A stretch of DNA of 64,000 nucleotides, from contig BAAIJX010000039.1 of NCBI GenBank assembly GCA_054600435.1, forward strand, positions 124,001 through 188,000, read 5' to 3'. This DNA is from Neophaeotheca triangularis (lineage: Eukaryota). The notes beneath the pieces were generated by a model, which worked only from the letters and a program-made list of their open reading frames with translations, was not told where the DNA came from and made no database searches. Every line of letters starts with the position of its first letter. Position 1 is the stretch's first letter. This document shows, in pieces, positions 57,301 to 64,000 of this stretch. Both the position numbers and the translations under genes were made by a program.

Positions 57301-59365
57301 CTGTAGCACTTTCCGGTAGGCTCGCTTTCATAGCCAACATGATGCTCTGCTCTTCATCAGCGCGATCAGGCTTAGCTGATGGATTTGGAAGAGTTGGAAG
57401 GATTTTGCCTTCAATGTCCCGCTTGTAGCGTTTCTGCATGGACAAGGCAGTTCGCCCAGGGATCTTCACTTGTATTGCCTCCCAGCTGAGGCCGTCTTCT
57501 TCCCTTAGTTTCTTGATGAGCACATCGTCTTGGACGGTATACCGGCTGTGGGGTGCTGTGTCATTCTGCTCAACATGGGGCACTGTGTGGTTCCGCTTCC
57601 TCTTCAGAGGCGCAACAGATACGTCGACGGCCGTTCCTCCAGTTGATTCTCCCTTCAGTGAAAGGTAACGTTGTTCTACGGACTCTCGGCTCCGTTCAGG
57701 TAGGAGTGCAGCAACTTGATCCCAGCCAAAGGAGTTTCCATCCCTCAGCTGTACCAGGAGCTCGTCTTCGTCGCGGGAGTAGAACTCTGCACCCGCGTTT
57801 GCATGTGCTGCGCCACCCTTGTAGTCAGGAAAAACGTATCCTTGCTCAACCAAAGCATCGCGAGCCTCACCGGGTCGATCGAACAACTTTTTGCTATACC
57901 TGCCTTGGCAGGCGTGGCTTGACCGACCCCCCAAATGCTTCGACATCGCCTCCCAGCTCAAATTGTCGATTTCTTTGAACTTGATGAGAAGCATGTCTTC
58001 GTCTAAGGTGAAGCGCGTGTGCCTTGTACTACTCGTGCTACCACTGACTCGACGGCCGATATTGGCTACGTTTGGTGACGGATTGCCTTCCACAAAACTG
58101 TTCGAGATTTCTTCCTCGGGAGCTTCCTGATGATATCGCAGGCGGTCGAGAGGTTTCAGAAGGCCATATCGATACCAATACATGCCGCAGGCGTTACAAA
58201 GATTTGATGCACCACCTGGCCCCGACCTCCAACTGGGCGAAACAGTGATGCCACAATTCACACATCCTTTCCGACCTGTCGCGGCTACAGCAGCCTCTAG
58301 TTGCTCTCTGAGAGCCCCACCATCATCATTCTGCGGGGCTGCCTGTTGCTCGCCGTGTATCCCAGGCGTAAAATACGGTAGTTTTGCACGAGCCTCCATG
58401 ACCTTGCGCCTAGGACGAATGAACTTGGGGTGCTCCGGGGCTGCCCATATAGACTCTTCGTTTCCGGGAGAAGTAGGAAAAGCCTTGTCTCGCATCGATC
58501 GTGTGGTGGGCGGTTGAGCTGGTTGACGTTTTGGCTTTTTCGATTCAGGAAGCTCTGGAAAGTCCCACATGGTGTCCCTGCTTCGTTTCTTTCCTTTCTT
58601 AGCTCTCTCTGCTGTGTTGCCAGCCATGAAGTCGGCGATCTGTTTGGCTATGCTCTGCCCAAGAGCATTGATGGCGTCTGGATCGACAGAGCCTTCTTCT
58701 TTCGCCCTTGCTTGCAGCGTTTTCATCGACTCTTGGAGCGAAGGCAATTGCTGCAACAACGTTGGCTGAGCGTGCGTTTCTGAAGCAGCATCTCCACTGT
58801 CCCCTTCAATACTACTCTGAGTCTCTTCCTGCGCAGCAATGAGTAACGACGGCGAGAGCCTAGGCCGTTTCCCGGTCGATCCTGGAGCGGTAAATTGGCG
58901 CTCATGCTGTGCGCCTGAGCGTGACAACTCAGCGTCGACAGAGGGCCCCCCGGGCTTCAAGCGTGGATCGATTACGGGAGCATTGTCGCCACGCCTGCCT
59001 TCACTGCCAGATTCTGTATCCTGTGTAGAGTTTCCATCATCGTCACTGCTCCCGTCTTCTCCTTCCTGCTCTTCAAGCGATGCGGCGAAGTCCAGCATAA
59101 ACCTAGAAGCTGGTGCTTGGCCGGGGTCGACTTCGTGACGCATTCCAGATAAATGTCCATTGTCGACAACGACTTCCCCAGTCTGCAAATCAATCTCGTC
59201 TCCAACATCCTCAAAATCCTGCCCGTACTTTCTGAAGATGTGTTCGAATCGACCCTTCAGACGCTCATCGTTGGCTTGACGGTCGCGTTCAAGTTCGAGG
59301 CTTGGATCTTCTTCGGTCCCGTAAATCGGTCCTTCTGAGCCTGCTCGATCCGATGTATGCTCCAT
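54386..59365 (-). CDS. SCM3: Scm3-domain (CENP-A chaperone) protein fused to GATA, 5x Myb/SANT, forkhead-like, PHD and Zn2Cys6 domains
   Basis: N-terminal RQANDERLKGRFEHIFRKYGQDFEDVGDEIDLQTGEVVVDNGHL is the Scm3 signature. The other domains are detailed in the findings. Single uninterrupted 1659-aa ORF. Confidence 0.85.
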   Translation of the reverse strand: MEHTSDRAGSEGPIYGTEEDPSLELERDRQANDERLKGRFEHIFRKYGQDFEDVGDEIDLQTGEVVVDNGHLSGMRHEVDPGQAPASRFMLDFAASLEEQEGEDGSSDDDGNSTQDTESGSEGRRGDNAPVIDPRLKPGGPSVDAELSRSGAQHERQFTAPGSTGKRPRLSPSLLIAAQEETQSSIEGDSGDAASETHAQPTLLQQLPSLQESMKTLQARAKEEGSVDPDAINALGQSIAKQIADFMAGNTAERAKKGKKRSRDTMWDFPELPESKKPKRQPAQPPTTRSMRDKAFPTSPGNEESIWAAPEHPKFIRPRRKVMEARAKLPYFTPGIHGEQQAAPQNDDGGALREQLEAAVAATGRKGCVNCGITVSPSWRSGPGGASNLCNACGMYWYRYGLLKPLDRLRYHQEAPEEEISNSFVEGNPSPNVANIGRRVSGSTSSTRHTRFTLDEDMLLIKFKEIDNLSWEAMSKHLGGRSSHACQGRYSKKLFDRPGEARDALVEQGYVFPDYKGGAAHANAGAEFYSRDEDELLVQLRDGNSFGWDQVAALLPERSRESVEQRYLSLKGESTGGTAVDVSVAPLKRKRNHTVPHVEQNDTAPHSRYTVQDDVLIKKLREEDGLSWEAIQVKIPGRTALSMQKRYKRDIEGKILPTLPNPSAKPDRADEEQSIMLAMKASLPESATAPGAAKSSRRYTSAEDEALIWMREVKKATWPQVARAMRGRTFDGVRNRYQILRPESTKPKPPTRASHALAGPEGETGIPTEVATPLPANLRLPPADFTPGSTASASKFYSEEEDSMLVELRDERQLSWDIIARYFPTRSANALQQRYATVLGKKRDGEHQDVPAPALRQMLAYKTLHPNPPAKGVDMEAVETTPNAATQAVDEGSDGSLFGGPAVGHNSPSHARHATAFATPAKSTAQGHPYFAPPPPAPMFRPASQEASINGSGQENSHRRDLDAEPSDQTPHPVPTVAGKLRRPRRSSDGHHMQVHNETANVMMENSPQKEVGHGWSDLIIMALSSAEDQIMTVAQMTKWMQANLEYFRKEYSDYTRELSLKSTLRNQLRHKTLFVQVADSMPIKWTFSRSVPSDESAIPQGFQDLQEQGAKDSHDDFCSACNGGGEVVCCDGCNRCFHADCHAPPIPESALQSDDAWHCHVCVEDQRLANGDLTLGDAARATTGSDIRLSGAGSDGLDAYDPSLISTTGSSHMPQLDSAVQAGSPRPSAAQPTSDVYRDPTTSSPMQGSIVLTSNQYDQASKSNPTNLPNADTSSSSPPFYSKHGVKPCNSCTTADVHCDGRKPCTSCFRGGNECSLAPRTYGGHAGNTSKRRLVQYQANARMTPSKATLDLLESYSRPTASPATVPAKHAQVADPASGTVDESNSADPSAAPDRGTPCPRSLDEGLLATAPSDAWDIVMEPVHPTVEGNLLAKKGQGEAQGAPMLSPEKHELIGSSKRRERASSNAVPETPSHPAISTSAAEQSSSRTNEDASVSIDNLEEVALLRRGNAPMVPRMIASSPKEREEATDVSEPAIDTSRAPSSSNGSTPDEIPAKVDGSRTQQDEPSVQETTSANARASASQKGKKTTPASASNPKVKTPASAPGIKKAKQPNRRKSTLNTREAPLPRRHSNVKTVRNGKNASTPVKDVEGSEDELA

Positions 59366-59773
59366 AGCCGGGGTGTAGTCCGGGAGAGCAAAAATGGCGT
59401 AAGTAAGCTAGTCCATGATGTTGTTTGTTGTAAGATCTAAGAAGAAAACCGCGAGTATTCTCGAAGACGCGTAACTGGGTACTTTAGATAGAAGGTAAGT
59501 GCAGCTTATCTTATCTTATCACTCGTCGGCTCTGCATAAAGTACACGACGCTTGGCGAGGTGTTCTCCTGCATAAAGCTTGTGCCGCTTGCCTTCTAGGA
59601 GGTACGACAGCTTCAATACATGTAGATGCTATGACGAGACAAAGACATCCCAGGCAAATGTAACTCACTCCAGACCCATGAGAACACAGGCTCGTCAAAC
59701 TTTGGCAATGAGAAGAGGGGACCGCGCTTCGTTCAAGAACTGTCAGCAGTCCCGGAGCACCTAACTCTCAGCC

Positions 59774-61219
59774 ATGGCTGGCATGCGTTGCCAGAAGTGT
59801 CGGACGCCGCTCAAACTGGATGGCTCCCTGGAAGATCTAAATCCAGCCTCTTTCAAGATTCTCGCAGACGCTGCACCGGTATTGCAGCCAAAAGAGCCCG
59901 ATGCTCCTCGCTCAGCCGCGGCGAAGGAGCGTCGACAGCTTTACGATGAAGCCTCCCAAGAAGCAGGTCAACCAATCCATAAGAGGCTCTCCAGTTTAGG
60001 CCAGCACTCTGGAAGTAAAGCTAAACCAGATATGTCGTACATCATGCTATCTGATTCACAAATCGCCGCCCCAGACGAGTCGTTCGCGAACGAGACCAAA
60101 GGAGGGGCGAAAAAGCCTCCCTCGACTGCTCAAACAGGCGACGCTCCACTCTCACAGAAGATGGAGACTGTCACTCGTCTGTTTGAGATAATGTCTGCTC
60201 GCTCTGACATCGACCAACCAGTCTGTTCTGACTGCACCGAACTCTTGGTCGATGGCCTACAAAAGCGTCAAAGTAGCGTTGCTCGAGAACGCGACGCCTA
60301 CGTTGACTTTTTGAAGCAAGTACAAAGAGACATTCCCACCGATGAGGAGAAAGCCCAGACCTCGAAAGATCTTGAAGATGCTCAGCTACGTGAGAAGCAA
60401 GCGTTGGAGGAGCTTGAGGCGCTCGAGGCGGAGAAGGCGAAGATGGAGGATGAGATCGCTGCTTTGGATGCTGAGGCCGAGGACCTCGACGAAGAGGAAG
60501 AGCGCTTCTGGCGAGATCGAAACGCTTTCACTGCGGAGCTCACTGCCTTCCAAGAGGAGCGTGACAGCCTTCAGAACCAGCTGGCGCATGACACGAAACT
60601 TCTCGAAAGCCTGCAGCGAACAAATGTGTACAACGACACCTTCTGCATTGGGCACGATGGGCTTTTCGGAACCATCAATGGCATGAGGCTGGGGCGGTTG
60701 TCAGAGCATCCCGTTGAGTGGGCAGAGATTAATGCCGCTTGGGGACAGGCAGTACTACTACTGGCCGTCGTCGCCGAGAAGCTTGGCTATACGATGCAAG
60801 GGTACAGACTGCAGCCTCTCGGCTCGACATCAAAAATCGAGAAATTCGAGTATTCTCAGGGTTCGTCAAACGCTCAGTCTCGTCAGGGGAAGCCTAACGT
60901 CAAGCCCATGGAGCTCTACTGCAGCGGAGATCTCCCACTCGGGTTGGGATTTCTTCACCGCAACTTTGACAACGCCATGGTAGCTTTTCTAGATTGTCTG
61001 CGGCAGCTTGGCGAGCACGTAGAGCGGACATCGCAGACTCATCAGATGCCGTACAAGATTGTCAAGGACAAGATCAACGACACCAGTATCAAACTTGGCA
61101 ATTTCGGCCAGGAGGAACAATGGACAAAGGCTTGCAAGTACACATTGACTTGCTGCAAGTTTCTCTTGGCCCACGCCTCGCATGTCGATAGCGTGAGCGA
61201 CTCGAAGCCCGGGAGGTGA
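59774..61219 (+). CDS. ATG6: Autophagy protein 6 / Vps30 (Beclin-1)
   Basis: CQKCRTPLKLDGSLEDLNPA, SARSDIDQPVCSDC, coiled coil, TNVYNDTFCIGHDG.FGTINGMRLGRL, EWAEINAAWGQ and WTKACKYTLTCCKFLLAH. Confidence 0.96.
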   Translation: MAGMRCQKCRTPLKLDGSLEDLNPASFKILADAAPVLQPKEPDAPRSAAAKERRQLYDEASQEAGQPIHKRLSSLGQHSGSKAKPDMSYIMLSDSQIAAPDESFANETKGGAKKPPSTAQTGDAPLSQKMETVTRLFEIMSARSDIDQPVCSDCTELLVDGLQKRQSSVARERDAYVDFLKQVQRDIPTDEEKAQTSKDLEDAQLREKQALEELEALEAEKAKMEDEIAALDAEAEDLDEEEERFWRDRNAFTAELTAFQEERDSLQNQLAHDTKLLESLQRTNVYNDTFCIGHDGLFGTINGMRLGRLSEHPVEWAEINAAWGQAVLLLAVVAEKLGYTMQGYRLQPLGSTSKIEKFEYSQGSSNAQSRQGKPNVKPMELYCSGDLPLGLGFLHRNFDNAMVAFLDCLRQLGEHVERTSQTHQMPYKIVKDKINDTSIKLGNFGQEEQWTKACKYTLTCCKFLLAHASHVDSVSDSKPGR

Positions 61220-61264
61220 ATGCCTACGGACGCAGTATAAACAAATTGAGGACCGCAACAGAGA

Positions 61265-62362
61265 CTACTGCTCCACAACTTCATGCAACGGACGCCCACG
61301 ATGATACAGTTTGTCGCAAACCTCTTTGCTCGTGTCATCAAGATACTCAGCCGGCGCACGCCTGGTGAAACCTCCACTCGGTCCAGCTTCTAAACACTCG
61401 CCGCTCACATCGCTATCCAGGAGACTTTCAAAGGCATCCACCACTCCTTTCATTGGCGTCAGCAACTTTTGAGCCTCGAGGCTGTCGTAGAAGGTTCCAG
61501 TCGAGATGTTCGTGCGAACGACATTCGGACAGATGGCATTGAGAGTGATGTGCTCTTCCGGCAGGTATTTCCCATAAGAGCGGACGAAGCCCACGGTGGC
61601 GTGCTTGGCGGCGGTGTAGACGGGTAGTGCTAGTGTATGTGAGTATCTGTCCGCTCGTGAAGCTGTTTGAGACGGGCGTCCGCTTACTGGGGACACAATA
61701 GAACCCGCAAACCGAGGCAACAGTCACAACTAGACAGAACGCATCAACATTACAACCCACATCCAAGCCAACGACGCAACGTGAAAACTCACTCTTCCCC
61801 CTGAACCCGCTCTCATCCCTCCCCTGCCTGCGCATCTGCTGAATCGCCAAAGCCATGGTGAACATCAAGCCCTCCAAATCCACCTCCAACACTTTCAAGT
61901 CCGGTTTCACAAAATCACCACTCCCCTTTCCCCCATCGTTGGGCACAAACCTTCTCTCATTGATGCCAGCAATGGGATAAACGTAATCGATACGACCGCC
62001 CAGTTGGTCGAGAGCGCTCTTGAAAGCCGCGTGCTGTGACTCCCAGGACGTGACGTCGGTTTCGAGAGCGATGTAGGTTTGCCCGGAAGTGGTGGGGAGG
62101 TTGTTGGCGACTCCGCGAGCGCCGGGGAGGTTTTGGTCCGCGAGAGCTACAGTTATGCTGGGTTGCGTGTCTCAGAGGAAGGTGGGCGGGATTGAGGAGG
62201 GCTCGAGGTGGTGATTACCTACCCTTTGGATGCGAGCAGCTCTGCTACTGCGCGGCCTATGCCGCTTGCACCGCCTGCGGTGTGCTCAGCTGGGGTATCA
62301 ATGTACTATGGATTGGCTCGGGTTGGGTTGGTACCTGTGATGTATGCTGTCTTGGAAGGCAT
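61265..62362 (-). CDS. Short-chain dehydrogenase/reductase (15-hydroxyprostaglandin dehydrogenase-like)
   Basis: MPSKTAYIT|GGASGIG, DVTSWESQ, RIDYVYPIAGI, catalytic YTAAK and LNAICPNVVRT; four introns. Confidence 0.9.
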
Positions 62363-63139
62363 TCTGTTTGGACGTCAAACGATCTTATGGTCTCTAGCGT
62401 GGGCAGCCTCGAAAAATGTTGTCAATCGATGAAGGCTTTCACTAGGAAACCCGGTTGTGATATCTCCATTGCATGAGAGACTGCGTCGTCTTGAAGAGGG
62501 GCAAGCTTTCCCCGCCGAGGTGAGTGAAGGAGGGGCTGCGGTACTATCGAGTCGGAATAAAGACTTGAGAGTGCTCATTCGAGGTCTATCACATGACGCT
62601 GTCTACATGTATCGTAACTCAGTCTTTGCAGAAAGGCTACAGCGCGTAAACACATGTATTCATATGCTGGAATTGTCATTGCGAAGTCCAATCGAAACAC
62701 ATATCTCTCAAAAGCGGTTACCCAGCAAGTTTCAACGAAAGACTCTGCAGTACTGAGGCTTCAGATAACTCGACCTCACCCCTGAAGATTTCTTTGGCCA
62801 TCTATTGTGGCAGTGTTCGTTGTCGTGGCACCCTTAGACCACCTGCACCTCCCTGCTGTGAATGGTGAATCCTGTGCCTTTCGTCGTGCAAAAAGTCACA
62901 GAGCGCACTGACCACTATCCCGAACGGAAGCCGCGATCCGACAATTTGTTCGCCAGCAGTGAAGCTCATGCTCACAGCGCAACCAGGCAATCACTTCCCG
63001 TCGCCGAACCTCCCACTCCACATCACATCTCAGCTCTTCGCCGCCAACCCTTCAAGTAATACCGAATAAAACCCTCCTTCGAATCCTCCGCGCAACCTAT
63101 TTATACCGAACCTACCCACGCGCGAAAAGAACCGCAACC

Positions 63140-63627
63140 ATGCCTCAACAGCAACCCGACCTCAAGAAGGTACCAACCTCCAACAATCTGGAGCCTCGTA
63201 GCAAGGAAACGCCTTATACTAACACGGCATACTCTCCAGTACCTCGACAAGCGCGTCGAAGTGCAAATGAACGGCGCCCGCAAAGTCCAAGGCACCATGC
63301 GCGGCTACGATGTACGTCTTCCCCGCTAGCCCTCTGCGAAAAGAAGAAACACCCCAACCCCAGCGTCCACCACTTCTCTTCAGCGGCGCATCGGTTCTCA
63401 ACAAGCAAAAAGCTAGCGGCTTGCTAACAATGCGCTCCCTTCACGGCCTACAGGTCTTCCTCAACCTTGTTCTCGACGAAGCGACCGAACAGAAGGAGGG
63501 CGGAGAGAAGTCGCGCTTGGGCATGTGCGTGATCCGCGGGAACCAGGTGTCGGTCATTGATGCCCTTGATCGTATTGGCGGTGGCGGCGGAGGTGGCGGT
63601 GGTGACTTCCATAGGGGTGGGAGGTAA
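63140..63627 (+). CDS. SMX2: Small nuclear ribonucleoprotein G (SmG)
   Basis: MPQQQPDLKK|YLDKRVEVQMNGARKVQGTMRGYD|VFLNLVLDEA...GMCVIRGN; Gly-rich RGGR tail. Confidence 0.93.
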
Positions 63628-64000
63628 AGGGGCTATAGCCGGGCGGACACTGTAGTGTTGGTTTGGGGAGAGATGCTTCTTTGAGACCTTGGAGAGGCTG
63701 TGGGGAGGATGGAGAGCTGAGAAATTGATATCCTACAGCGATGGCGTATGGCGCATGGCGCAGGAAACGGGCGAGACTAGATGTCCGTAGCTGGAATTGC
63801 AGAACTTTTGCACAACGACGACGATCGCGCCTCCACGTTGATGTGATTGAGACAAGCTTGCATGATCTGAAGGGGTGCGTGAAAGCAGCGCTATAAGGAT
63901 GAATGTGAGTGGTATCAAAGGACATGGCCACAGGTCACTGACTTTCCATGATCAAGATCGACGTAGATTGCATTAGAGAAGACACGATACATCCACAACA

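Noticed and set aside
1..64000. CRISPR arrays, rRNA, intact transposons, secondary-metabolite cluster
   Set aside because: None seen: no repeat-spacer arrays, transposase/RT ORFs, or PKS/NRPS genes.

Overview
Gene-dense eukaryotic DNA from a filamentous ascomycete. Short GT-AG introns with CTRAC branch points and the gene set suggest a Dothideomycete (inference). About 26 protein-coding genes can be modelled, mostly conserved housekeeping genes: SLD3, EMC6, PCNA, pyridoxal kinase, dUTPase, an MFS permease, vezatin, a DUF3140 protein, BUB2, a metallo-hydrolase, dynamitin, EAF6, MSB1, RLM1, a cyclophilin, a DUF1295 protein, PAL1, USB1, ATG6, an SDR and SmG. There is also one intron-containing tRNA-Asn(GTT). 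Between them lie decayed relics of a dynamin-like GTPase, a DUF6536-type membrane protein, an ankyrin protein and a ~372-bp repeat array that may be TPR-like. The standout is a single-exon 1659-aa protein. It joins an Scm3 (CENP-A chaperone) domain to a GATA finger, five Myb/SANT repeats, a forkhead-like domain, a PHD finger and a Zn2Cys6 cluster. Other points of note: the PCNA start codon exists only after splicing, S-phase genes share MCB boxes, TACCTAGGTA-type palindromes and GATA arrays recur between genes, and several genes switch from C-rich to G-rich along their length. All family calls come from motif recognition by eye; no database searches were run.
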